From assembly GCA_040954595.2 (NCBI GenBank), contig JBECUI020000030.1, positions 248,001 through 312,000 on the forward strand: a stretch of DNA of 64,000 bases. Direction: 5' to 3'. Under the pieces are notes generated by a model. That model saw only the letters and a list, made by a program, of their open reading frames with translations. It had not been told where the DNA came from and searched no databases. Positions within the stretch are counted from its first letter, which is position 1; each line of letters starts with the position of its first letter. The translations under genes were made by a program, and so were the position numbers. Source of the DNA: Balanoglossus misakiensis. Its lineage: Eukaryota > Animalia > Hemichordata. Positions 43,542-53,666 of this stretch are shown here, one piece after another.

Positions 43542-43570
43542 GCCGGAGAGTTTCCCCTCCGGAAAATAAG
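43542..43570 (-). terminator. copy of the PTS-operon terminator
   Basis: CCGGAG-agtttccc-CTCCGG hairpin; same element at 52016-52037. Confidence 0.6.
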
Positions 43571-43814
43571 ATTCTGCTACTTATAGAGGGGTGGGTAATA
43601 CTTTTTGATCACGCGACATATTTCATAACTTTTCTTTCTAAATCTTCTTTTTGAGATAAGGATGTTATACAATGATTCTACATTCGCGTAGTAAATGCTG
43701 ATACGCATCTTCAATAGTTGTATATTTGTTCGTTGCAACGGCAAAACTTTCAGCTTTCTTCTGTGCTTGTATATATTTTTCTGTTGCTTGATAAATATGG
43801 TAGCAATCTGGTCA

Positions 43815-44148
43815 ATCTTGTCTTTTCTAAGGGCGTAAACTCGCGTCCTACCAGCTTTAGTGCCATATCATCGGTAGTCATTTCGGAGGTGCCTCCTTCA
43901 AAAAGCTTATCGCCGTCTCTCAGGACAATAACTTTCTCGGTAATCTTCTTTACTTCTTCTAGTTTATGACTGACAAAGATTACGCCAACCCCCTTGTCTC
44001 TGATATCATTGATTACTCTAAATAATTGTTGTATTTCTTTTGGGGTTAACATTGAGGTTGGTTCGTCAAGAATGAGCATCTTAAGATCTTTTATCAGTAC
44101 GTGCACTACTTTAATCATCTGCTTTGACGCAACAGATAGATTACCCAT
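43815..44148 (-). pseudogene. internal fragment of a sugar ABC ATPase
   Basis: LILDEPTS, FVSHKLEEV, VLRDG; no Walker A motif and no second domain. Confidence 0.8.
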
Positions 44149-44202
44149 GTTGGTTTGGTAATTCTCGTCCTCCCTGTTGTTGGCTTGGGAGATCGGGTAG
44201 TG

Positions 44203-47200
44203 TCATTCTATATTAAGATTTTCAAACATATTAAATGTAACTTTTTCCTGTTTCATCTTTGCCGGCAGATACTTTTTAATTTCTTCCAATATTTTCTTAT
44301 CTCTTCCGTCAGCTTGCCATTTTTCATAAAGAGATACGGAAATAATCCAAGTCTCCATACGTTTTATTAAAATATCACTTATTATTTTTATTTTTTCCGC
44401 ATTTTCTAATGCTAAAATCTTCTCCCACTGATGCCCTTCTACCTCTTGAGTACCGTTGTTCCGAGCTCCTAAAATGACATGAAGTTTTTCTTTTTTGGGA
44501 ATAAGATTAACAAAAATAGGGTAAAATAAAGTCTTGTGCATACAATCAATGTCTGGTGTCCATGTTCCATTATCTACACGTGCTACTTCCACTAAAGTAG
44601 GAAGTCCATACACACCAGAAGTGCATACATCAATCTTTGGCAACTCAAAATGGATAAACTTAAAATTTCTTGGACTACCGGATTCTAATTTTTTTTCAGT
44701 ATGGTGCTTAATATCCTGTTCAAAAAGTTGCTTAATATCTTTGTCTAATTTAACCGCACAATATTGACCAATATATAGTTTCTGATAGTGTTTTTTCCAT
44801 TCTTCTGAAACATTAGATGCAAAAATTTTCTTATACCACTTAATATTATATTCCTGCTTGTAGTATTCACTCAAAAAACCTCGATACGAAAAAAGCAGTT
44901 GATGATAATAGAAATCAAAATCAGCACTTCCTGATTCAATTGCTTGAAAAATATTGCTATCGCATGTATTACAGAATCCCCAGAAAGTAATCACATTGCT
45001 TTTCTTTTTTCCTTTTTGTCGTATTTTACTCTCGTTAAATTTATAAGGGTTACGGTTTATATGTGGGTTGTTATCTGTAAGTTGAATAACTGTACCATCT
45101 GGAGTTGCAATATTATTTATAACACCTCTTGCTTGTTGAATATGAGAGCGAATTGCATCTTTAGTACAAGAAGGATTGTAGCACTTTTGGCTTATTTGCC
45201 AAGTTTCTCTCCTAAGTCGGTCCATAGTGTATATATCTTTTATGTCGTTTTTTCTTTTCTGTATCCAAAGGATAGCTTGTTCATTATCATCGCTTCCTTT
45301 GGAGCTACAAGCAAAATACTTTTTTGCTTGCTCATAGTCGGTGACCGCTTTGCTGTACTGCTCCGCTTTTTCATATGAAAGCCCGCGATTAAAATAAGCT
45401 CCTGCCTTGAGATTGTAATCAGTTGCTAATTTTATGGCTTGGGCATAGGCTTTACGGGCTTCATCGTGCTCTCCTGTTGCAGTATATGAAAACCCGCGAT
45501 TAATGTAAGCCAGCACCTTGAGGGTGTTATCAGTCGCTAATTTTATGACTTGGCTATAGTCCTTACGGGCTTTGTCGTGGTCTCCTATTACGTCATATGA
45601 AACCCCGCGATTAAAACAAGCCCCTGCCTTGTCGTTGTCATCAGTTGCTGATTCTATGGCTTGTTTATAGTCCGCGACGGCTTGCTTCTGCTCTCCAGTT
45701 GTGGCATACAAAAGCCCGCGATTAAAATAACCATCTGCCTTGAGCTTGTCATCAGTTGCCAATGCTATGGCTTTGCTATAGTCCTTGCTGGCTTTATTGT
45801 ATTCTTCTGTTGCTGCATATGAATTTCCACGATTAATATAAGCCAATGCCTTGAGGTTGTTAGCAGCTGGTAATGCGATGGCCTGGTTATAGTCTTCTAT
45901 GGCTTTTTTGTGATCTCCTGTTGCGGCATATGAAAACCCGCGATTATTATAAGTCTCTGCCTTGAGCTTGTTATCAGGCAGTAATGCTATGGCTTGGTTA
46001 TAGTCTTCTATGGCTTTTTTGTGATTTTTTGTTTCTGTATGTGAATGTCCGCGACCAGCATAAGCCTTTGCTTTGAGCTTGTCATGAGCTGGCAACTCTA
46101 TGACTTTGGTAAAATCTTCTATAGCCTTGTCGTGCTCTTTTGTTTTGGTATATGAACCCCCACGATTGAAATAAGCCGTTTCCTTGAGCTTGTTGTCAGC
46201 CGGTAATGCGATGGCCTGGTTATAGTCTTCTATGGCTTTTTTGTGATCTCCTGTTTTTGCATATGAAAACCCGCGATTATTATAAGTCTCTGCCTTGAGC
46301 TTGTTATCAGGCAGTAATGCTATAGCTTGGCTATAGTCTTCTATGGCTTTGTTGTGGTCTTCTGTTTTTGCATATGAAAATCCGCGCTGAAAATAAGCAT
46401 CTGCCTTAAGCTTGTTATCAGTCGCTAATTTTATGACTTGGCTATAGTCCTTACGGGCTTTATCGTGGTCTTCTATTACGTCATACAATGCCCCGCGATG
46501 AAAACAAGCTCCGGCCTTATCGTTGTTATCAGTTGTTAATTCTATGGCTTGGCTATAGTCTACAATGGCTAGTGCATAGTCTCCTGTTGTGGCATATGAA
46601 AACCCGCGATTATTATAAGTCTCTGCCTTGAGCTTGTTATCAGGCAGTAATGCTATGGCTTGGTTATAGTCTTCTATGGCTTTTTTGTGATTTTTTGTTT
46701 CTGTATGTGAATGTCCGCGACCAGCATAAGCTGGTGCTTTGAGCTTTTCATGAGCCGGCAACTCTATGACTTTGGTAAAATCTTCTATAGCCTTGTCGTG
46801 CTCTTTTGTTTTGGTATATGAACCCCCACGATGCAAATAAGCCATTGCCTTGAGATTGGTATGAGCCGAGAATTCGATGGCTTGGCTATAGTCCTCGACA
46901 GCTTGTTTCTGTTTTTCTGTTGCAGCATATGCATCCCCGCGATTTATATAAGCCTCTGCCTTGGCGTTGTCATTAGTTGCTAATTCTATGGCTTTGGTAT
47001 AGTCTGCAATGGCTAGTGCATGGTCTCCTGTTTTGGCATACAAATTTCCGCGATTAATATAAGCCAGTGCCTTGAGGTTCTTATCAGTCGCTAATGCTAT
47101 GACTTGGCTATAGTCTTCTATAGCTTTATCGTGGTCTCCTGTTTTTGCATATAAAGTCCCGCGATCCATATAAGCCAGTACCTTGAGGTTCTTACCAGGC

Positions 47201-47418
47201 GCTAATGCTATGACTTGGGTGAAGTTCTCGCGGGCTTGGTTGTAATCTCCTACTATTGCGGCATATGAAAGCCCACGCTGAAAACAAGCCCTTGCCTTGA
47301 GCTTGTTATCAGTTGCTAATTCTATGACTTTGGTAAAGTCTCTACGGGCTTGCTCGTGGTCTCCTTTTTTGTAATGTTCAAGCCCACTCTTTAAATAGCT
47401 CTCTGCGTCTCTTTTCAT
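44203..47418 (-). CDS. TPR-repeat protein (19 repeats of ~37 aa) with C-terminal Cys/His HNH-like domain
   Basis: AxAYxNRG...AIEDYxQAI repeats; CYNPSC..AIRSH...GFCNTCD; no signal peptide. Confidence 0.85.
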   Translation of the reverse strand: MKRDAESYLKSGLEHYKKGDHEQARRDFTKVIELATDNKLKARACFQRGLSYAAIVGDYNQARENFTQVIALAPGKNLKVLAYMDRGTLYAKTGDHDKAIEDYSQVIALATDKNLKALAYINRGNLYAKTGDHALAIADYTKAIELATNDNAKAEAYINRGDAYAATEKQKQAVEDYSQAIEFSAHTNLKAMAYLHRGGSYTKTKEHDKAIEDFTKVIELPAHEKLKAPAYAGRGHSHTETKNHKKAIEDYNQAIALLPDNKLKAETYNNRGFSYATTGDYALAIVDYSQAIELTTDNNDKAGACFHRGALYDVIEDHDKARKDYSQVIKLATDNKLKADAYFQRGFSYAKTEDHNKAIEDYSQAIALLPDNKLKAETYNNRGFSYAKTGDHKKAIEDYNQAIALPADNKLKETAYFNRGGSYTKTKEHDKAIEDFTKVIELPAHDKLKAKAYAGRGHSHTETKNHKKAIEDYNQAIALLPDNKLKAETYNNRGFSYAATGDHKKAIEDYNQAIALPAANNLKALAYINRGNSYAATEEYNKASKDYSKAIALATDDKLKADGYFNRGLLYATTGEQKQAVADYKQAIESATDDNDKAGACFNRGVSYDVIGDHDKARKDYSQVIKLATDNTLKVLAYINRGFSYTATGEHDEARKAYAQAIKLATDYNLKAGAYFNRGLSYEKAEQYSKAVTDYEQAKKYFACSSKGSDDNEQAILWIQKRKNDIKDIYTMDRLRRETWQISQKCYNPSCTKDAIRSHIQQARGVINNIATPDGTVIQLTDNNPHINRNPYKFNESKIRQKGKKKSNVITFWGFCNTCDSNIFQAIESGSADFDFYYHQLLFSYRGFLSEYYKQEYNIKWYKKIFASNVSEEWKKHYQKLYIGQYCAVKLDKDIKQLFEQDIKHHTEKKLESGSPRNFKFIHFELPKIDVCTSGVYGLPTLVEVARVDNGTWTPDIDCMHKTLFYPIFVNLIPKKEKLHVILGARNNGTQEVEGHQWEKILALENAEKIKIISDILIKRMETWIISVSLYEKWQADGRDKKILEEIKKYLPAKMKQEKVTFNMFENLNIE
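45305..47406 (-). repeat. 111-bp coding tandem repeat array (TPR units)
   Basis: Identical blocks recur at offsets of 333, 666 and 888 bp. Confidence 0.92.
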
Positions 47419-47426
47419 ATTACTAT

Positions 47427-47510
47427 ATATATATGTTTATCTTAAAAAGCAAGGGGGATTTGTCAAACATTTGTGAGAAGCATCCTACCAACACTTCCCT
47501 CTTTATCTCT
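47427..47510 (-). repeat. 84-bp promoter-containing repeat, copy 2, upstream of the TPR gene
   Basis: Near-identical to 41431-41514; ATG lies only a few nt after the -10-like box. Confidence 0.88.
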
Positions 47511-47814
47511 GTAATTATCTAAGAAATACGGGGCATGCTCTTTCTCCGCTTACCCCATACCTATTGCATAGCTCTTCATGCTTTATATTATAGAATAGTA
47601 TCTTATTAGATAACTAATCAATTATGATAGATGGAGCATATATATTAAGATGTTACATTGTCTTTATACAAATGATGGATTGACTGCTGATGGGAGGGAA
47701 ATATCCGGTTCTGTCGGTAATTAGCACCTTGCCGTCTGTACTCATCGTTATTTATCGAGTAAATGGGCACTGGTGTTTTAAGCGACTCTGCTTGCTTATC
47801 TATGCGAAGGTCTA

Positions 47815-48051
47815 TTAATCGTCCGGTAAGGCGTCGAATTCTTTCTTTTTATTTTCAAACCATTCTTGCATGACTTTCGGATCTTTCATAAGGTCATGCA
47901 TGGCTTCCATCGCTTTCAAATGAGTTTCATCCTTCTTCTGGAACATTTCCGTTCCATGTTGTTTACTCATTTCGGCCATTTCATCAAATGAATTGGCATG
48001 AAACTCTTTATCGCAAGCACCACCGAGTTGTTTGCACGTCATTGTTTTCAT
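47815..48051 (-). CDS. small metal-binding protein (DUF1059-like)
   Basis: MKTMTCKQLGGACD...QHG...H; GGAG RBS; own promoter TTGACA-17-TATACA with -35 at 48111-48116. Confidence 0.8.
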   Translation of the reverse strand: MKTMTCKQLGGACDKEFHANSFDEMAEMSKQHGTEMFQKKDETHLKAMEAMHDLMKDPKVMQEWFENKKKEFDALPDD

Positions 48052-48128
48052 AGGTATCTCCCGTATGTATAACACACTATATTGTTCTGTATACACTATG
48101 GCGTTTCTTTTGTCAAGGTAGTGCAGAA

Positions 48129-49253
48129 TTATTGTAGAAGGGTAATTGCTCGTTGTATGACCGGGTCGTTTGTAGCGGCAGAAGTTAAAGGTACATCCGG
48201 TTGTATTCCTACCTTGAAGAACTCTGTTTTATCTGCTGTAGTTGTGCGACTCGTTGTTATTCTAAACACCCACCCATTGGGAAGTTCGCGGTCAATAATA
48301 GTGCCTGCAGATCCATGGGTTGGCATACCGATAGTTTCTCGATACCCGACGGCTTTTTGGAGCATGAGAAGCAACATTTCGCCACCGCTACTTGTATTTG
48401 TATTTACCAGTATCACGATTGGGGCGGTTCTATAATAATCAACACCCTGTGGGTGGACGAATTCATTAACGGTTTTATAGCTCGTTGGTGAGGTAATGTA
48501 CTCGGAAATCATAAATATTTCTTTTTTATTTATGAACCGACCGGCAATCTCTTTCCCGTTTTGTACCGCCCCACCGGCGTCGCTGCGCAGATCAAAGATA
48601 ATTGAGACGACATTCCTGCTATGGAATTCACTCAGAATTTCATCAATAAGTCTGCCAAAAACACCCTTTTTTGAAGTAAGCCTTCCGGCACCGCCAATAG
48701 CTTGTACGAGTTCTTTTACAAAAATGTATCCAATTAGATTACTACCCGGTTGGTCTATTATATCTATTATACCGTAGTATAGGGCTTGTGTCCGATCCAA
48801 CATGGTAAGAGAGGAAAGATTATCTACCCAAGTATTGGATAAGCCTTCACTACCGAATGGGAAGAAATCATCGTAGTTGCTGCCGCGCTCTTGTTGTAAG
48901 TAAGTATTTCCGATTGGTAGGGGAGAATATATCGAATATAGATGGGTATCGCGAATATGTATATTGATAACACGATCAAGGGCAGTAATCAATGTACTCC
49001 ATGTAGGTGATTCTGCCAAGTTTCTTCGCTCTGTTATTTTTATATCTTGCAGGGAGCCGGAGTCGAATGCGTAGTCTTTGTACGCGTAGCCCTCTTCCAG
49101 TTCATGGAAGAAAAAATCATAGTTGCCAAGCGGAGTATTTGCAAAAGGTACTCCGTAGGCGATTGTACAACCGGTTCCCGTACCAATAAGGAGAATCAAA
49201 AAGAGGGGGGCAAGTATTTTCTTAAAACCTGAAGACAAGACCAAATAGCACAT
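48129..49253 (-). CDS. S41-family peptidase lipoprotein, module B (most divergent copy)
   Basis: Lipobox GTG-C; RDTHLY, FDLRSDAGG, TSSGGE, GIQPDV. Confidence 0.88.
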   Translation of the reverse strand: MCYLVLSSGFKKILAPLFLILLIGTGTGCTIAYGVPFANTPLGNYDFFFHELEEGYAYKDYAFDSGSLQDIKITERRNLAESPTWSTLITALDRVINIHIRDTHLYSIYSPLPIGNTYLQQERGSNYDDFFPFGSEGLSNTWVDNLSSLTMLDRTQALYYGIIDIIDQPGSNLIGYIFVKELVQAIGGAGRLTSKKGVFGRLIDEILSEFHSRNVVSIIFDLRSDAGGAVQNGKEIAGRFINKKEIFMISEYITSPTSYKTVNEFVHPQGVDYYRTAPIVILVNTNTSSGGEMLLLMLQKAVGYRETIGMPTHGSAGTIIDRELPNGWVFRITTSRTTTADKTEFFKVGIQPDVPLTSAATNDPVIQRAITLLQ

Positions 49254-50022
49254 TGTTTTGCAACTCCAATCGTGAACGAGGAATAGTAATGTATTCCAAC
49301 ACGCCGTAATACTCAACTATAAGGGCAAGCAATGAAGACACTGAATACTGGTAAGCGAGACGCATGTCCATGCTAACAAAGTTATGAAAAGACAGGAAAG
49401 TGGGGGCATTAAATAGGACAGGAACAAATCCTTGTGTTTCAAGAATTGTTTCTTCATGAAGGGTGTATCCGGAATAGGCTGGGCGCCAACCAATGTTTAA
49501 TACCGGCATGTATATCTGTGCGGTTAGTGCATGTAGTTGATTAATATCCCAACGAAATTGCATCCGTGGACCTATGCCGGAGTGTATCAGCCAAGTGTAC
49601 CGAAGGGTGGAAGAGCTATTCGATACCCATATATTCCCGGTTAGGTGTACTCCCGGACCAAGCATAAACGAGATAGTACGGTAATGCCAGACTAGAAACA
49701 GCGAAGAGTATTGTATATTTAGTTGAAAGGCCAAGTCGGATGGGGGAGGGGTGGACGAGTATGATATGCCGTAGGGTGAAAAAATCTTCCCCCCACCACC
49801 GCGTAGGGTGAGGCGATGTTCAGTAGTAGGCGTTTGATAGGCATATCCTAGGTTGATGCCACCCAAGAGCGGCATTTTATATAGGTTTGCATACACACTG
49901 TCGCCAACAGGACCGGTAAAAAATATTGCTCCAAACTGAAATTCAGAATGCCGCGTTTGCTCTTCTTGGGCAAAAAGAGAGAATGCACCTATCATCAAGA
50001 CACAGTATAGAAGTCTTCTCAT
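49222..50022 (-). CDS. predicted outer-membrane beta-barrel protein, module B
   Basis: Signal peptide LFAQEE, YANLY, RPAYSG, SFHN, C-terminal VFRF. Confidence 0.7.
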   Translation of the reverse strand: MRRLLYCVLMIGAFSLFAQEEQTRHSEFQFGAIFFTGPVGDSVYANLYKMPLLGGINLGYAYQTPTTEHRLTLRGGGGKIFSPYGISYSSTPPPSDLAFQLNIQYSSLFLVWHYRTISFMLGPGVHLTGNIWVSNSSSTLRYTWLIHSGIGPRMQFRWDINQLHALTAQIYMPVLNIGWRPAYSGYTLHEETILETQGFVPVLFNAPTFLSFHNFVSMDMRLAYQYSVSSLLALIVEYYGVLEYITIPRSRLELQNNVLFGLVFRF

Positions 50023-50079
50023 CTAAGAACATGATAAGAATATCTGCAGCATCCAGTCAAGGGGGGAGTAATCTACCGA

Positions 50080-51200
50080 TTATTTAACTGTCTGTAATAT
50101 GTCTACTGCTTTATCTAAACTCTGGTCGAAGGTGGAGAAAGGACTAGCAATAGATCTCAAAAATATATCTGGGCTAATACCAACCTTAAAGTAGTCAAAG
50201 CCGTCGAGCATAAAAGTGCGAAATCGCGGAAAGGTAACTATCCATCCATTTGGCAGTTCCCGTTTGTTCGCGGCTCCAGTGCATCCTAAAGAAGATGTTC
50301 CAATGACCTTTTGTATTGCCTCTGATTGTTGCAGCAGCATCAGGAGCATTTCGGCAGCACTACAGGTAAGGGTATTTATTAGTACGACAAAGGGTTTATC
50401 TTGATAGTATGAAAATCCTTTTGGTTGGATGGTTTCATACTGCTTTTGGGAGCTGGTCTCGGAAATGCGCAATTCGGCCATCATAAAAGGTTTTTTCTTG
50501 TTGATAAATCGTGACCCCACCTCCATTGCATTTTGTCCGGCGCCACCCGGGTTGCCCCGAAGGTCAATAATAATTTTTTCCACACCATTACTGCGGAATT
50601 CTTTTAGAATATTATCAAGCCTTTGTCCAAGCACTTCTTGGTCCATGCCCAAAAACTGTACAATATGGAAGTATCCAATGGGGGGAGTTGTCGTAGTTAT
50701 TAGCCCGTATTGCAAAATATTTCCTGCGTCTATTATGTTGCCAGGAAAATTGAACTCGGGAGTATTCTGTTGGTCGGCATTGAATTGGTAATCCGGTGTG
50801 TATAGATCAAGGTCAGTTCCTCGTTTCTCTTGTATGAGACCTGAGAAAGTTTTTTCTGTGGCAGGTATTAATCCTTGGTCGAAATATAAATGTGGGTCGC
50901 GAATATGCAGATAGGCAACATCATGGAAAACTTCTCGTAGCTTTCCCCAAGTAGGGGTAGCGCGTATAACCGGCTTAAACAAGTTTTCTATATCTGTCAG
51001 AGTTCGTTCGTTTTCAAATGTATAATCGCTGTATGCATACATGGTTTTAGTTCGTGAAAGAAATAATCATAGTTTCCTACTGGTGTATTCTCAAAAGCCG
51101 GAGAAAATGAGAAACTACAGCCGACACTAACAAAAACTATGAACAGCAGAGCCGCTGTTCGGAACAATTTAGAAACGAAATACCATATTGAGGTTAACAT
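50080..51200 (-). CDS. S41-family peptidase lipoprotein, module C (1-bp frameshift near 51045)
   Basis: N-terminus nearly identical to module A; RDPHLY, DLRGNPGG, TCSAAE. Confidence 0.85.
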
Positions 51201-51933
51201 TATTTTGTAGCTCCAAACGAATATGAGGAATAGCAAGATATTCAAGTAGACCGTTATACTCGATTTCCAGTAACAACCATGAAAGAAGCGCATACTGATA
51301 CGCAATGTTCATATCAAGGCTAATAAAATTATGAAAGATAGAAAAGAAGGGTTTGTAAACGTCTCCCAGCCCTTAGCATAATCTGATGCAGATTCCAAAA
51401 CCTGTTCTGAATAGTATGGGCGCCAGCCAACGTTTACTATTGGCATGTATAGACCTACTAACAGTGCATGGGCCTGATTTATTTGCCTTAAAGCCCACAC
51501 CCGTATATTGCGTCCATACTGTTGTTAGGGACATCCACGTGTTCAATGTGAAATGTGCTCCAGCTCCGAGAAAGACTGCTATTTGATTGTTCGCCCATAC
51601 CTGAAACAGCGATATATACCTTGCTTTAATTATATAAGCAAACCCGACTGGAAGCTGAAATTCCGGTGTGGCAGCCTGATACAACGAAAACAAAGAGCCT
51701 GCTCCAGACAGTATAAGGAATTTATGTTGAGTTCGGGCAGTACGATATGTATACTCAATGCCCCCACCACCGAGAAGCGGTACTTTGTATAGGTTTGCAT
51801 ATGCCCTATCGGCCCCTACACCTGAAAAAAGTGTAGCGATCATGCGAATTTCGGAATGTTGTATTTTCTCCTCTTGTGCAAACAGTGAAGAAATAAATAT
51901 TATCCATAATATGCAACATAATATCCGGTGCAT
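51169..51933 (-). pseudogene. beta-barrel protein, module C, disrupted
   Basis: Close paralog of module A barrel; 14-bp deletion near 51487 plus a 1-bp indel near 51330. Confidence 0.65.
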
Positions 51934-52015
51934 AGCTTATGCAGGATAGCAGTGAAAAGCAACCAAGTCAAGGAGAGAAATGAGCTGGGACATGCATAGT
52001 TATTGGGTTAAATAA

Positions 52016-52037
52016 GCCGGAGAGTTTCCCCTCCGGC
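52016..52037 (-). terminator. terminator of the PTS operon
   Basis: GCCGGAG/CTCCGGC stem followed by TTATTT on the - strand, just after the EIIC stop. Confidence 0.65.
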
Positions 52038-52054
52038 AAAATAAGGTTCTGCTA

Positions 52055-53316
52055 CTAAGGCATAAACAGTTTTACTATGTTACCCAGAATTGCTCCGATA
52101 GCAATAAAATCAGTGTCTGAGACGTTGTATTCGCAAATCCGAGATCCCCTAGAAGAGGCAGAAGTGTAATGGGCAAGAATGTAATCATTAACCCATTTAC
52201 AAATGAACCTAATACGGCTCCTCTTCTTCCTCCGGTTGCATTGCCGAATACACCTGCGGTAGCACCGGTGAAAAAGTGGGGAATGACACCCGGTAAGATG
52301 AGAACCCAACTGAATACACCGCAAACTGCCATGCCAACCAAGCCACCGATAAAGCTAAAGAAAAATCCGATAAAGACCGCATTGGGAGCGTAAGGAAAAA
52401 CAATAGGACAATCGAGTGCCGGTTTTGCATGGGGAACAAGTTTTTCGGAAAAGCCTTAAAGGCAGGAACAATCTCTGTTATAACCAAGCGGACGCCGGAA
52501 AGGACAATAAACACACCAGCTGCAAAGGTAATACCCTGAATAAGGGCAAAAAGGATGAAATTCTGGCCGTTGCTCAGTTCTGTTTCAACAAAGGTCTGCC
52601 CCGCAGCAATAACAACAATGAAATAGAGTATACACATTGTCAAAGAAATAGAAATTGAATTGTCACGTAAGAAGGCCAACTGCTTTGGAAAATTCATATC
52701 TTCAGTTGATTTTGAATTCTTTCCTACAAGTTTTCCGACATATGCAGATGCAACATAGCCGATTGTGCTGAAATGTCCAAAGCCAACCTCGTCGGTCCCT
52801 GTAATTTTTCTCATAGTTGGTTGGGCTATGGCAGGAAAGAATGCCATTGTAAAACCCAGAATAACAGAACCAAGAGCAATCAAGCCTATACCGGACATGC
52901 CGCCGACTTCTAGAACTACAGCAATGATACATGCCATATACAGCGTGTGATGTCCAGTAAGGAAAATATACTTCAGAGGCGTAAATCGAGCTATCAGTAT
53001 GTTTACAAACATACCAAAACACATAATAAGAGCAGTATACGTGCCAAATGTCTGCAATGCGAGAGAGACAATAGCTTCGTTGTTTGGTACTACTCCTTGT
53101 ACATTAAATCCAGTTTGAAAGAGTACCCCGAAGTGGTTGAGAGCACCAACAATAATACCCGCGCCACCTCCTAGTACGATAAACCCTAATGTTGACTTCA
53201 ATGTACCACGAACGATGTCTTCTATAGGTTTTTTCTGTGCGATAAGACCAATAAAAGCAACAACTCCGATCATAATAGCCGGAACACTCAAAAAATCAAG
53301 AAAAAAAACTTAACAT
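52055..53316 (-). CDS. ulaA: PTS ascorbate-type EIIC, frameshifted
   Basis: VVPNNEA, IFLTGHH, GFGHF, HFFTGATAGVFGNATGG. Confidence 0.88.
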
Positions 53317-53357
53317 GTTATCCCCTCCTGGATTAAATATCTATAACAAAAGAAGCG

Positions 53358-53625
53358 TTATAAAACGTCTTCTATATGTTTTTTAATTTCTTCTTTATCA
53401 AAAATATTATTTAATGTAACGATCTTGCCAAGGTAGGTTGCAGCTGAGGCAATATCCTTTGTAGCAAAAAAATAGTCTCCCATGCCTACATAGGCAGAAC
53501 TGAGGTCGGAATGTAAAACCTCAATTTCATCCTCCTTTCCCATTTTCTTTTAGCACTTCTTTAATTTTTAATTCAAGCATAAAACTACTTCCCAGACCTG
53601 ATCCACAAATAGCAACTATTTTCAT
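53358..53625 (-). CDS. ulaB: PTS ascorbate-type EIIB, frameshifted near 53545
   Basis: Hand translation MKIVAICGSGLGSSFML joins MGKEDEIEVLHSDLSSA. Confidence 0.8.
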
Positions 53626-53666
53626 CTCATTTACTCTCCTTTCATGTTCTTAGAAGCAGAACATGG

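Noticed and set aside
45305-47406. Regular repeats as a possible CRISPR array
   Set aside because: 111-bp in-frame coding units with no unique spacers and no cas genes
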